Shown here piece after piece: positions 29,549 to 39,276 of a stretch of 64,000 nt of DNA (position 1 is the stretch's first letter; each line of letters starts with the position of its first letter). The DNA is from an uncultured Candidatus Saccharibacteria bacterium (GTDB taxonomy: Bacteria; Patescibacteriota; Minisyncoccia; Phycocordibacterales; PALSA-1337): contig CAYHNH010000001.1 of the NCBI GenBank assembly GCA_964358005.1, forward strand, positions 11,625-75,624, read 5' to 3'. The position numbers and the translations under genes are program-made. The notes beneath the pieces are model-generated. The model was not told the DNA's origin. It was given only the letters and a program-made list of their open reading frames with translations, and did not search any database.

Positions 29549-30463
29549 CTAAGCTTTCCACCTGGCAAAGATGCCGGCGGGGAGCAGTCGAACCTCCTCG
29601 CCAGCTCCATCAACCTTACCAGCCACGCTAGCCTTACCAGAAAGCCCCTCCTCTATCGCCAGCTCCCCTATCTCTATCTCGCCACCAAACTTCTCTTTGA
29701 GGGGAAACAGGTTATTTTCATACGCCAGCGATGAGTAGCCCGCTGAATAGCCGTTTATGAGAAAGAATAACGGCTCAGGCTTGAGTAACTTCTTGCAATC
29801 CTCGATGAGCGGCAGGAAATCATTCTCGATCTTCCAAAGCTCATTATCAGCGCCGTGCCCGAAGGCTGGCGGATCCATCATGATAGCGTCATACTGGCGG
29901 CCGCGGCGTATCTCGCGTTCGACGAAGAGCCTGGCATCCTCGATAATCCAGCGTATCGGCTTGTCAGAGAGACCTGAAAGCTCCGCATTCTGCCTAGCCC
30001 AGGTCACAGCCGCCTTAGAGCTGTCTATGTGCACAACCTTCGCTCCCACCTGCGCGCAGGCAAGAGAGGCACCGCCTGTATAGCCAAAAAGGTTCAGGAC
30101 CTCGGCGTCCTTTTTGCCCTGTATGAGCGAGCGCATCCAATCCCAATTCGGCAACTGTTCCGGAAAAAGCCCCGTATGCTTGAATGCCGTAGGCTTTATG
30201 ATGAACTTGAGGCCACCGAACTCTATAGGCCAATCAGCCGGCAGCTTATTCCTGAAAGACCACTCGGCCTTTTCGCTATCGCGAGTGAAATATGCATCAG
30301 CCTTTTCCCACTCCGCCTTAGGCAGTCTCCTAGCCCACAGCGCCTGCGGGTCAGGCCGGCTCAATAGGACCTTGCCGAAGCGTTCGAGCTTCTCTCCTTC
30401 GCCGGAATCTATGAGCTCATAGCCTTCGGACGGCGCGGTGATGAGGATGTTAGATGTTTTCAT
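29549..30463 (-). CDS. Class I SAM-dependent methyltransferase (RlmI/YwbD-like)
   Basis: YELIDSG.GEKLERFG, HTGLFPEQ, VLNLFGYTGG, MDPPAFG. Confidence 0.88.
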   Translation of the reverse strand: MKTSNILITAPSEGYELIDSGEGEKLERFGKVLLSRPDPQALWARRLPKAEWEKADAYFTRDSEKAEWSFRNKLPADWPIEFGGLKFIIKPTAFKHTGLFPEQLPNWDWMRSLIQGKKDAEVLNLFGYTGGASLACAQVGAKVVHIDSSKAAVTWARQNAELSGLSDKPIRWIIEDARLFVEREIRRGRQYDAIMMDPPAFGHGADNELWKIENDFLPLIEDCKKLLKPEPLFFLINGYSAGYSSLAYENNLFPLKEKFGGEIEIGELAIEEGLSGKASVAGKVDGAGEEVRLLPAGIFARWKA

Positions 30464-30938
30464 TTTTTATCAAGATGTTCAGGGCGAACACGAAGAGCAG
30501 GACGGAAGTCAGCGCCGAGCCGAGACAGTACAGACAGTACGAACCCAGGATGAATATCTGCACGTAGGTGAACCAAAGCGACATTAGCAATCCGAGGATG
30601 GTTGCTAGGAGAGTCCATTTCAGAATAGAAAAATGATGAGACTCCGCCGCCTTGCCGATGTGCTTGGCCTCCAAGAATATAAAGGCTCCCAAGGCGATGA
30701 GCAGATAGTAGACAGCTCCGAGAAGAGCCACCGGCATCCCCCAGATGGCAGAGAAGACGCTAGTGAGGACGATATCACAGCCCGCGGTCGTGCATGGGGG
30801 AACGACGCCCCGATAGTGCTCTATGGTGAGGAAGGCCGAATCGGCAAACCCCAGTATCGCGATCACCAAGATCGCTACAACCGAGGCAGTCGAAGCTCTA
30901 TTTAGCGGCCGCTTCAATAGCAGCTTTGAATTGTTCAT
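30450..30938 (-). CDS. Vitamin K epoxide reductase (VKOR) family protein
   Basis: CTTAGCDIVLTS, G.PVALLG, CLYC; next to DsbA. Confidence 0.9.
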   Translation of the reverse strand: MNNSKLLLKRPLNRASTASVVAILVIAILGFADSAFLTIEHYRGVVPPCTTAGCDIVLTSVFSAIWGMPVALLGAVYYLLIALGAFIFLEAKHIGKAAESHHFSILKWTLLATILGLLMSLWFTYVQIFILGSYCLYCLGSALTSVLLFVFALNILIKNENI

Positions 30939-31536
30939 ATCCTTGAGGGCTCTCTATCTCCTTTCCATTCAGGAAGAAGGTCGGCGTCTTGTTGATGCCT
31001 ATCTTCTGGGCTTCATCGCGCTGGGCTGTGACTGCATTCTTGGCGATGTCGCTGTCCATGTCTGACTTGAACTTTTCGACATTCAGACCTATCCGCAACG
31101 CGTAGCCAGCGAATACCTCTCGGGGGTCAGCGAGCTCGCTCCATTGGTCCTGATACGTGAAGAGCAGACCCGACATTTCCCAGAATTTACCTTGCATGGC
31201 GGCCGCCTCAGAGGCTTGAGCCGCCACAAAGGCATTCTTGTGCTGAGGCAAGGGATAATGCCTGTAGATCATGCGTATCGGGATAGTGCTGCTAGCGAGG
31301 ACCTTCTCTACCAGCGGATGGTAGGCACCGCAAGCCGGGCACTGCAGATCGCTGTACTCGATCATGGTCACCGGCGCATCCACGGGGCCACGGCTATGAT
31401 CAGCTGATGAGACGGGCGCTGGGGTCCCTGCCGTACCAGTATTCTGACCCTTTCCCATGGAAGCGATGAGACCCCAGACGATGAGGCCCAGGACGACTAC
31501 GAAGCACCCCCAAAAAATCACTCTTTTGATATTCAT
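30898..31536 (-). CDS. DsbA-family thiol-disulfide oxidoreductase
   Basis: EYSDLQCPAC, RHYPL, QGKFWEM, TPTFFLNG. Confidence 0.92.
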   Translation of the reverse strand: MNIKRVIFWGCFVVVLGLIVWGLIASMGKGQNTGTAGTPAPVSSADHSRGPVDAPVTMIEYSDLQCPACGAYHPLVEKVLASSTIPIRMIYRHYPLPQHKNAFVAAQASEAAAMQGKFWEMSGLLFTYQDQWSELADPREVFAGYALRIGLNVEKFKSDMDSDIAKNAVTAQRDEAQKIGINKTPTFFLNGKEIESPQGYEQFKAAIEAAAK

Positions 31537-31560
31537 AGAGCCGATTATATAGACTTGAGG

Positions 31561-32589
31561 CTATATAATCAACATAGCATCGCCGAATGAATAGAACCTC
31601 ATGCGATCTCTCACTGCCTGACCATAGAGGTCCTTCCACGATCTCTTTGCTCCCCGCCATTGCAAAAATGCGTCCAGGAGCATGAGGAGAGATGTCCCTG
31701 GTAGATGAAAATTGGTGATAAAGGCATCGGCCACCTTGAACTCATAAGGTGCCCTTATGAACAGGCTAGTCTCCCCATCGAACTGCTGGCCAGCCAGGAT
31801 CCATGGCGCGGCCGATTCGACCAGCCGCAAAGCGGTAGTGCCACAGACCACTACTTTCTTGCCAGAACTTTTGGCGGCACAGAGGAGCTCGGAGCTCTCC
31901 TTGCTCACATGTATCGGCTCCGAATGCAACTTAAAATCCTTTTCCATTTGCGGAGTGACAGGAGAGAATGTCCCGCGCCCAACGTGAAGGGTGACCTTAG
32001 TCGTAGCGATGCCCTTGAGCTCCAACGATCTGAAAACCCTGTCCGTGAAATGCAAAGCGGCAGTAGGAGCGGCTACAGAAGCGGGCCTGGCAGCGAAGGT
32101 GCTCTGATACCTCTCTCGCAATTCATTCTCTGCCATATCAGAATGGATATACGGCGGAAGTGGGGTGCGGCCGTACTTGTCGAAGAGATCCTTGAATTCA
32201 GCGGGAGGGACCAGGAGCTTGAAAGTGAATTCTTCATTGATATGCGAGACCGGCTCCAGGATCGGGTGCCCGATGAGGAAAAGCCCTTCATTTACATTTA
32301 TATTCTTGTTGGGCAGGCCTTTTATCATGGGGCCGCCGTCCCACTCGTTCATCAAGAATAGTACTGCGACTTCGCCGCCAGTCAGCTTGGAAAGCGTGAG
32401 ACGCGCGGGGACGACTTTGGTGTCATTCAGAACAACGACAGATTCGGCGGGTATGTACCTGGCTAGGTTAGCGAAAGTATCTAGGACGATCTCGTCAGTC
32501 TTGGTGCTGTAGACGAATAGACGCGCGCTGTCGCGCGGCTCGGCTGGGGTATTGGCTATGAGCTCTTTTGGCAGTTTGTAGTCGAACAT
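31561..32589 (-). CDS. queA: SAM:tRNA ribosyltransferase-isomerase QueA
   Basis: FDYKLP.ELIA..P, NDTKVVPAR, PLPPYI, SVAAPTA, TNFHLP, FYSFGDAM. Confidence 0.93.
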   Translation of the reverse strand: MFDYKLPKELIANTPAEPRDSARLFVYSTKTDEIVLDTFANLARYIPAESVVVLNDTKVVPARLTLSKLTGGEVAVLFLMNEWDGGPMIKGLPNKNINVNEGLFLIGHPILEPVSHINEEFTFKLLVPPAEFKDLFDKYGRTPLPPYIHSDMAENELRERYQSTFAARPASVAAPTAALHFTDRVFRSLELKGIATTKVTLHVGRGTFSPVTPQMEKDFKLHSEPIHVSKESSELLCAAKSSGKKVVVCGTTALRLVESAAPWILAGQQFDGETSLFIRAPYEFKVADAFITNFHLPGTSLLMLLDAFLQWRGAKRSWKDLYGQAVRDRMRFYSFGDAMLII

Positions 32590-32694
32590 ATAGATTGAGT
32601 ATAACAAAAAAAATCCCCCTCCCCGCCGCGATTGGCAGCTAAGGGAGAGGGACGTCGTTTCCGGACCAAGGTGCAGTGAAGGTGCCTTCGACTC

Positions 32695-34152
32695 TTACTC
32701 GACAGCGATCTTGGTCGAAGGCCTCAGAGCGAACAGCTTCTTGATGTCGCCGTGGAAAAGGCTCTCACGGAAACTGCCAAAGCCGCTGCTGTCCGAGGAT
32801 TTGTCGGCCAACGACGCGAGAAAGGCGAGCTTGATGGGTGGACCCCATTTGCGAGTGCCGAGCCGCGCGGTGACACTGCAATTGTCGACCATGTAGGCGA
32901 CACCCCGGGCATTCATGAATGGTGTCAGGGAATCGACTGCTTCAATGAGCGACTCGTTCACGATCTCGGTGATCGCATGCCCCTTGGAGCGGAGGACGTC
33001 CATGAGCGCCAGCACCATGCCGGCATACATGCCCGCGGCCAGGGCCAAGTCATCCGACATCGGCACATCAGCACGGTAAAGCTCGCCGCCGAGTTTCCAC
33101 ATGCCCGATGTTTCGATCGAGGGCAGCGCCGCCGCAAGGTTTCGATTCGCCTGGATCACGTCGCGGATCTCATCGCCTGACGAAACGGATTCGTAGATGT
33201 CGAGCGCGAGCTGCCGCGCGGGCAGATAGGCCTTGTTGTAACCGACCTCGAAAATCTGGCGCTCCGAAGGGGTCAAGGATTCGTAGAGCCCTTCCAAGCC
33301 GTTCTTCGAGATGAGCTCGGTCACGGTGCTGGTAAGCCCACGAGCCGACAGGAGGAATGCTTCTTCCTTCGACCTGCCGAGCGAACGGAAATACTCGTAG
33401 AGGGCCTCAGAGAGCGCCCAGATGCCGGCGAGGAGGACATGCCGTTCTCCAGTGAGGTCCGACTTCCATTCGTTCTCGCCGGTGGTGAAGAACGTGACCG
33501 GCGAACCGATCGCGATAGACCAGCCGAGGGCGTAGTCGAGCGCGCAGCCAGTGAGATCCTTCACGACAGCAACGCTGGAATTGATCCCGGCTCCTTCAGT
33601 GTCACGCGACTGATTGTAGAGCCGACGGAGCGAAGGGCCCATGCCTTTCGGCGCGACCAGGATGACGTTGATGTCATCGCGGAGAGAGGCCTGGATCGAA
33701 TCCAAATAGCCGAAGAGGAAACCGTGGGATACGCAGAGCGTCGCTCCCGGCTTCATCATTCCCGTGATCTCCTGCCAGCGCTCGGTTTGAGCATTGTCGT
33801 TGATGAGGAGAACGACCATGTCGGCCGTCGGGATAATCTCAGCGAATGTGCCCAGGGTGCCCTCTTCCTGCCGAAAGCCGGCAAGCCGGGCGACCTGGAA
33901 CTTTTCCGAGTCGTCACGAAGGGCGACGCGCACCATGGCCTTGCTGCCCGCTTCAAGGAGCGAGTCGCGGCCATTTTGCGCCTGAGCCGGAGCCTGTGAA
34001 CCCCAACCGACGACAGCGATCTCGTTCACGCCTTCGAAAGCTGCTGACAAGAGCGGGAATACCTTCCTTCCCCCTCTGAGAAACTGCTCGGGTCCGCTGC
34101 TCAATTGCAGCGTCTCCAAGCCGAATACTGACGATGTGTGTGTTGTTTGCAT
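32695..34152 (-). CDS. ilvC: Ketol-acid reductoisomerase, long plant-type form
   Basis: RGGR..FPLL, GWGSQAPAQAQN.RDSL, SHGF, APKGMGPS, SDLTGER, NESLIEAVDSL, DNCS.TARLG. Confidence 0.9.
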   Translation of the reverse strand: MQTTHTSSVFGLETLQLSSGPEQFLRGGRKVFPLLSAAFEGVNEIAVVGWGSQAPAQAQNGRDSLLEAGSKAMVRVALRDDSEKFQVARLAGFRQEEGTLGTFAEIIPTADMVVLLINDNAQTERWQEITGMMKPGATLCVSHGFLFGYLDSIQASLRDDINVILVAPKGMGPSLRRLYNQSRDTEGAGINSSVAVVKDLTGCALDYALGWSIAIGSPVTFFTTGENEWKSDLTGERHVLLAGIWALSEALYEYFRSLGRSKEEAFLLSARGLTSTVTELISKNGLEGLYESLTPSERQIFEVGYNKAYLPARQLALDIYESVSSGDEIRDVIQANRNLAAALPSIETSGMWKLGGELYRADVPMSDDLALAAGMYAGMVLALMDVLRSKGHAITEIVNESLIEAVDSLTPFMNARGVAYMVDNCSVTARLGTRKWGPPIKLAFLASLADKSSDSSGFGSFRESLFHGDIKKLFALRPSTKIAVE

Positions 34153-34291
34153 GCGAACAAAAAGTCTACTCTAGAGCGAGCCTACTCCTCGTGGAATTTG
34201 ATGTCAATGGACGAGAATGTAACTAAAGGCCCCCTATCCCGTCAGATAAATGCGAATGTAACGCGAGCTTTATAAATTAACTTAATAAACA

Positions 34292-34516
34292 ATGGCAACA
34301 GTTATAAACAATCCAGGCGGCGGTGACAGCGAGGGCGTGGGTGTCGGCATGATAGTCGGCATAATCTTGGCAGTACTAGTGATCGCCCTTCTGGTCATAT
34401 ATGGCATACCGACGATCAGAGACGAGCAAGCAACGCCGCAACAGCCGGAAACGAATATAAACGTAACCATACCTAACCCGACAAGCGGCACGAACAGCAA
34501 CGGAACAGGTAATTAA
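34292..34516 (+). CDS. Small single-TM protein
   Basis: Hydrophobic helix plus NINVTIP low-complexity tail; AT-rich upstream region. Confidence 0.7.
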   Translation: MATVINNPGGGDSEGVGVGMIVGIILAVLVIALLVIYGIPTIRDEQATPQQPETNINVTIPNPTSGTNSNGTGN

Positions 34517-34586
34517 TCACCTAAAAAATATAAAACGCCCGGCGGGATGCAGAGCGTGTATCGGGACAGAGTAGAACAGATGGAAA

Positions 34587-35231
34587 TCAGACGCGGACAA
34601 TGGTCTGGGCGAGCCTCCTGGCTCCCCGGGTCTTGTTCTTATTCCCTGGATGGTCCCATGAGAACATGATCTGTTTCTTTTTCCAGACACGACCCAGCGC
34701 GCCGCGACCGACATCGAGCCAGTCAGGGAACCAAGTCTCAGTATCTACATCGAGGAACTCCTTCCTCGCAAAATAGTAGAGACCTGCCACAAGAGCATAT
34801 CCTCGCATGTCCATATATACGTCCGACGACGCTCGGAGATCGATGAGCCGCTTGTTCATCGTGTCGAGATTCGGCATGGGTGAATCCTCGATGAAGCCCA
34901 GCGATGGCCCGCCAGCCGCTTCACGGCCGCAATAGTGCCGAGTTGCGACGCCTCCCCACACGTCCAGACAGTCCATGCGCAGGAGCTTCTCGAGAGCCGC
35001 GACAGCCTCCTGTGTCGAGACCGTGCCCGGATCGAAAACCGGCATGGAAAATCGCCAGGGCAAGGCCTCCGGCGAAGGGATTACGAAGTATTTACCCAGA
35101 TCAAGGCGGATGGAAAAGAAGTCTAAGGTGTATTTTTCCGCCTGTTCGAGCCATTGGCTCATGTTTAGCGAGTCCGTCTGCAGCATGGGAACTGTGTTCC
35201 CGTCTTCACTGACAAGATCATGTGCGATCAT
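34587..35231 (-). CDS. Orphan protein
   Basis: 214-aa ORF just downstream of tRNA-His; no recognised motif. Confidence 0.6.
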   Translation of the reverse strand: MIAHDLVSEDGNTVPMLQTDSLNMSQWLEQAEKYTLDFFSIRLDLGKYFVIPSPEALPWRFSMPVFDPGTVSTQEAVAALEKLLRMDCLDVWGGVATRHYCGREAAGGPSLGFIEDSPMPNLDTMNKRLIDLRASSDVYMDMRGYALVAGLYYFARKEFLDVDTETWFPDWLDVGRGALGRVWKKKQIMFSWDHPGNKNKTRGARRLAQTIVRV

Positions 35232-35305
35232 AGGATGTATAGGTTGAATTGGAAAGGTGCTATGGCAAAACTACATTCTAAACGTGCCGGGGACACATAT
35301 CTTAC

Positions 35306-35381
35306 TGGGGTGCCTAATGGGATTTGAACCCATGCTGCGGCTTTCACAGAGCCGAGTGCTAACCGTTACACCATAGGCACC
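35306..35381 (-). tRNA. tRNA-His (GUG), with encoded G-1 and CCA
   Basis: GGTGCCTATGG...CGGCT CTGTGAA AGCCG...GGTTCAAATCC...GGCACCCCA. Confidence 0.93.
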
Positions 35382-35411
35382 ATATAACCGCTAAAATTCT
35401 ATTTTTTGGAG

Positions 35412-35969
35412 CTAAGAATAGGTCGGCGGTTTCTCCTTTATACCAGATTTATGGTTACTTAGTCGAGCAAGCGCGTACAGCAAAGACGAAAGCCTGTTCA
35501 AAAAAGCCAGCGTAGCGGGGCCAACCTTGATCTCGCCAGTCTCGGTTCCGCCTACCACCCGCCGCTCCAGCTTGCGCGCCAGAGTACGGGAGACGTCGAA
35601 AAGCGCCGCCAGCTCCGTACCGCCAGAGATGAAGAAGGTCTTTATGGGCGGCATCTCTTTTTCCATCGCATCGATCCAGGTCTCCATGAGCGTAACCTTC
35701 TCCTGCCCCACACGCTTGTCTGCCCCCGCGAGCTCTGCCTGCACCGAAAAGAGAGAATCCTGGATCCACCAGACGATGTCGGCGGGAGCCTTCCCTTCAA
35801 CAGACCATGCGACAGAGGCCGCTTTGATCTTCGCCAAACCAAGAAAAGAGTTCAGCTCATCCGATGCGCCGAGCGACTCCGTCTGGCAGGAGCTCTTGGA
35901 TTTCCTCTCGCCCGGACCAGACTTGAAGTCCTTGGTCGTTCCGGCATCGCCTTTTCGCGTGTATAGCAT
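35412..35969 (-). CDS. PduO-type ATP:cob(I)alamin adenosyltransferase family
   Basis: YTRKGD.GTT, DELNS.LG, RTLARKLERR, FLNRLS; true start MLYT (the ORF-track extension runs through a tRNA). Confidence 0.88.
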   Translation of the reverse strand: MLYTRKGDAGTTKDFKSGPGERKSKSSCQTESLGASDELNSFLGLAKIKAASVAWSVEGKAPADIVWWIQDSLFSVQAELAGADKRVGQEKVTLMETWIDAMEKEMPPIKTFFISGGTELAALFDVSRTLARKLERRVVGGTETGEIKVGPATLAFLNRLSSLLYALARLSNHKSGIKEKPPTYS

Positions 35970-35989
35970 AGGCTGATTATAGACTATTG

Positions 35990-36061
35990 TGCTCCCACCA
36001 GGAATCGAACCTGGACCGCAGGCTTCGGAGGCTTGCGTTCTATCCATTAAACTATGGGAGC
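35990..36061 (-). tRNA. tRNA-Arg (CCG)
   Basis: GCTCCCATAG...CT CCG AA...GGTTCGATTCC...GGGAGCA. Confidence 0.92.
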
Positions 36062-36147
36062 GAGCGAGGAACAAAAGGACAAGCTAGCTTGTCATGATAT
36101 CGTCTCAGTCTTTTTTTAACTAGTGCCAAATAAGAAGGTGTGATTGG

Positions 36148-36705
36148 TTACCAGCCGCCACACGAACCACTACCAACACAATAACCTCGATTGGAATCCT
36201 GACAGCCATTATTGTTGTTATAGAAGCTGCCATCTAGATCTGACCGAAGGGCGGCATTATCAGATTCCAGATATACGGCCAAACGATAATTTTGCCCATC
36301 GCTACAACCAGTAGGATAACCCGGGTAATACGTCACCCCTCCATCGTTGAGGTCATTCGGTGTCATTTGCAGTGGGTCTTGGGGGACCTTGCCGATAACT
36401 GGAACGTAGTTGGTTATCGAAAATCCGCAGTTAGTGCCCGTCTCTAGGCATTGAGAAAAATAATACCAGTGACCCTCCCATGTCGGATGGCCGGGAGATT
36501 GTGGATATTTACCCGTCTGTTGGCGGAACATTTCCAACGCAGTTTCTATTGTTCTCATATCTGCAATGCGGCGCGCATCTCTTGATTTAGCCCTGGCCCC
36601 ATTGATCGATGGCATAATGAGGCTGGCCAACATCCCTATAATCGCCACCACGACCAGAAGCTCTATCAAAGTAAATCCTGGCTGCTTATAGGATGAATGC
36701 TTCAT
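36148..36705 (-). CDS. Type IV pilin / GspG-like prepilin
   Basis: GFTLIELLVVVAII, AR.KSRDARRIAD, YP, P.DP; six Cys. Confidence 0.9.
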   Translation of the reverse strand: MKHSSYKQPGFTLIELLVVVAIIGMLASLIMPSINGARAKSRDARRIADMRTIETALEMFRQQTGKYPQSPGHPTWEGHWYYFSQCLETGTNCGFSITNYVPVIGKVPQDPLQMTPNDLNDGGVTYYPGYPTGCSDGQNYRLAVYLESDNAALRSDLDGSFYNNNNGCQDSNRGYCVGSGSCGGW

Positions 36706-36962
36706 GGATTGCTTAGTTGGTATGGCGTGGGAGGAGGGGGTGTCAACTTTGTACCAAAGGTCCTGCCGAGGTTTACAATTGCAAAGATTGCCATCGCAAC
36801 TATCGCTATAACCACTAGTAATCCTGCAGACTGTTCTGTTTTTATAAGCCCCCCAGAGTAATTGACAATCGCCATAAGGAGCTTCGACCGTGAACTGTCC
36901 TTGATCTGTCTTGTCAGGACCGGCCTGTCCTGATCAAACTGTATTCCATGTTGCATTTCCAT
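36702..36962 (-). CDS. Small membrane protein
   Basis: SGGLIK.E..A motif, one TM helix, Pro-rich tail; overlaps the pilin start. Confidence 0.65.
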   Translation of the reverse strand: MEMQHGIQFDQDRPVLTRQIKDSSRSKLLMAIVNYSGGLIKTEQSAGLLVVIAIVAMAIFAIVNLGRTFGTKLTPPPPTPYQLSNP

Positions 36963-37023
36963 AACAAGATGTTACTAGTATATACCTACCAACACTAATG
37001 AGGAATCGGCCAATTTTTCTCTG

Positions 37024-37107
37024 TGCGCGGGAGAGGACTCGAACCTCCATGCCCTAATGGGCGCTACCACCTCAAGGTAGTGCGTCTACCAATTTCGCCA
37101 CCCGCGC
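37024..37107 (-). tRNA. tRNA-Leu (GAG)
   Basis: GCGCGGGTGGCGAAATTGGTAGACGC, CTACC TTGAGGT GGTAG, long variable arm. Confidence 0.94.
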
Positions 37108-37193
37108 GTTCTCGAACCCGACCATCATAGCTGAAAAGCCTGCGGTTTTCAATAAAAACAAAACCGGTCTCAGCCGGCTTGTCGTCTCTCTTA

Positions 37194-37634
37194 TTATTTC
37201 TTTGCCTCTTCTTTTGGAGTCTCGGCCGCGGCTTCCGCAGTGGCGGCAACAACTGGAACGACCTCCTCTTCGTATTTGGCGTCCATGATGCGGCGCATCT
37301 GGTGACGTATCTCCTTGGCTGCCTTGCGGCGTATGAAATACAGCTTAGCGCGGCGGACTTTCGAGCGGCGAACCATCTCGACTTCATCTATCATCGGAGA
37401 ATACAGCGGGAATATCCTTTCGACACCGACACCGTCCACTACCTTGCGTACAGTGAAAGTAGCGCCTGCTTCGGCTCCATGCTTCCTAGCGAGGACGATG
37501 CCCTCGAAGGCCTGGAGGCGGAATTTGCCCTTGGCCTCCTCGATCTTCTGCCAGACACGGACAGTATCGCCCGGACGGATGTCGATCTTCGAGCGGTGGT
37601 CTATATTCGCCGGTGTGATTACCTTGGTCGCCAT
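37194..37634 (-). CDS. rplS: 50S ribosomal protein L19
   Basis: [35 protein letters not shown]. Confidence 0.96.
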   Translation of the reverse strand: MATKVITPANIDHRSKIDIRPGDTVRVWQKIEEAKGKFRLQAFEGIVLARKHGAEAGATFTVRKVVDGVGVERIFPLYSPMIDEVEMVRRSKVRRAKLYFIRRKAAKEIRHQMRRIMDAKYEEEVVPVVAATAEAAAETPKEEAKK

Positions 37635-37668
37635 AGTGGAGCTAACTTATCATATATCCCCCAAAGAT

Positions 37669-38445
37669 TCAAGAATTGACCGGCTTTTCGATACCCAGAG
37701 CCGTGATGGCCGACTGGAAATCATCCGGCAGGGGCGCTATCACCTTTATCCTCTTGCCATTCGGGCTATTGAACTCTATAGAACCAGAATGCAGCGCTAG
37801 TCTTTCGAAGCCTAGGGCCTGCGGCCTGGTCGGCGCATACATCGAGTCCGAGACTATCGGATGCTGTGTCGCGAGCATGTGGACGCGTATCTGATGGGTG
37901 CGACCAGTCTTGGGCTCCGCCTGGATGAGCGAGAATTTCTCAGCCTTCCCGCCTACCTCGGCCTTCCCTGTCCAGAGCTTTGTCCAATACGTCTCAGCCT
38001 CGCGTGTCTCACCCCTGGTGCCACGCTGTGCCGACCACAAAGGAAAGTTCTTGCCGCTCCTGCCGATCGGCCTTTTTATAGTACCAAAATCCTCTGCCAT
38101 CTCGCCCCAAACAAAGGTCAGGTATTTCTTCGAGACTGTCCTGCCCTGGAACTGCTCCTTCAGGAAGGCGTGCGCTTCGGGCGTCTTGGCTATGAGGAGA
38201 ACGCCTGATGTGTCCTTATCCAGGCGATGCACGATCCCAGGGCGCTGTAATATCTCGCCCTCCGGCGTGCGTTGCAACTCGCCCACTTCCATGGCTTGCG
38301 GATACTTCTTTACGATCCAGTCAGTGACAAACGAACCCTCATTGCGACCGTCCGGGTGCACCATGAGACCAGCAGGCTTGTTGATGGCCACACAATCATC
38401 GTCCTCGTACAGGACAGCGATTTTGGAGATGAGGTCGTTGCTCAT
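37669..38445 (-). CDS. RluA/RluD-family pseudouridine synthase
   Basis: NKPAGL.VHP, HRLDKDTSG, TGRTHQIRVH, ALH. Confidence 0.93.
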   Translation of the reverse strand: MSNDLISKIAVLYEDDDCVAINKPAGLMVHPDGRNEGSFVTDWIVKKYPQAMEVGELQRTPEGEILQRPGIVHRLDKDTSGVLLIAKTPEAHAFLKEQFQGRTVSKKYLTFVWGEMAEDFGTIKRPIGRSGKNFPLWSAQRGTRGETREAETYWTKLWTGKAEVGGKAEKFSLIQAEPKTGRTHQIRVHMLATQHPIVSDSMYAPTRPQALGFERLALHSGSIEFNSPNGKRIKVIAPLPDDFQSAITALGIEKPVNS

Positions 38446-38508
38446 GCCTTGAATATACGCTAATGTTTAGGAAATTCCTAGGAATTTGCCTCGAGTGAGG
38501 GGCGTTAC

Positions 38509-38581
38509 GCGCGATTAGCTCAGTTGGTAGAGCAATCCCTTTACACGGGAAAGGTCGCAGGTTCGAGTCCTGCATCGCGCA
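38509..38581 (+). tRNA. tRNA-Val (UAC)
   Basis: GCGCGATTAGCTCAG...TT TAC AC...GGTTCGAGTCC...ATCGCGCA. Confidence 0.93.
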
Positions 38582-38631
38582 CAAATGGATGTGGCCTAGA
38601 ATCGTACGATTGCAATCGGATTGCAAGACAC

Positions 38632-38660
38632 GAAAAAACCCGCCGGAGCGGGTCTTTTCG
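38632..38660. terminator. Bidirectional terminator between tRNA-Val and a convergent gene
   Basis: AAAAAACCCGC cgga GCGGGTCTTTT. Confidence 0.7.
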
Positions 38661-38686
38661 AAGCGTCGGATGAGATCCGACAGCTA

Positions 38687-39049
38687 TTACATCTGCGGCG
38701 CAGCCGAAGAGGAGTTCTTCGAAGTGAAACCGAGGACAGCGACGACGACACCGACGATCAGATAGAACCAATTCGTGGTCTGGTCAGTAGCGAAGATCGC
38801 TCCGAGAATGAAGTTCGACTGGAAGAAGCCGAGGATAGCCAAAACAACATAGACGATACCGACGGTCTTCAGAGCGTTGGCGGCAGCCGGCTTTCCTGCG
38901 AGAGCAAGAAGAACTATACCGACGACTACGTGGACGAGGCTCGAGAGCCAGTCAGCGGCGATGAAGCCGATAGAAGGCTGTGCGAAGAATCCCCACACGC
39001 CAGCGATGATAAAGATGACGCCAAATACCCAAGCTGATGTCTTTGCCAT
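38687..39049 (-). CDS. Four-TM membrane protein (DUF4383-like)
   Basis: Four hydrophobic helices, ILGF, NW motif. Confidence 0.7.
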   Translation of the reverse strand: MAKTSAWVFGVIFIIAGVWGFFAQPSIGFIAADWLSSLVHVVVGIVLLALAGKPAAANALKTVGIVYVVLAILGFFQSNFILGAIFATDQTTNWFYLIVGVVVAVLGFTSKNSSSAAPQM

Positions 39050-39192
39050 AGTATTGCTAATATTTTAGTTAATAATTGCTAATGGTTAATAAATAACCTA
39101 AAACAATTCTAACACATAAAATAGGCCGTCAATGTCAAGTAATTCACAGCCCATAAAGCCTGTTTACACAGATAAAAGCCCGAATTCTAGTG

Positions 39193-39264
39193 TCCCCTCG
39201 GTAGGAATCGAACCTACATCTACGGCTTAGAAGTCCGCAGCTCTATCCATTGAGCTACGAGGGG
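39193..39264 (-). tRNA. tRNA-Arg (UCU)
   Basis: CCCCTCGTAGCTCAATGGATAGAGC...CT TCT AA...GGTTCGATTCC. Confidence 0.92.
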
Positions 39265-39276
39265 AGTTTTAAACAA

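Noticed and set aside
35970-36074. 5' extensions and small ORFs overlapping tRNAs (also 37064-37387, 38396-38626, 54312-54362)
   Set aside because: They run through clear tRNA genes.
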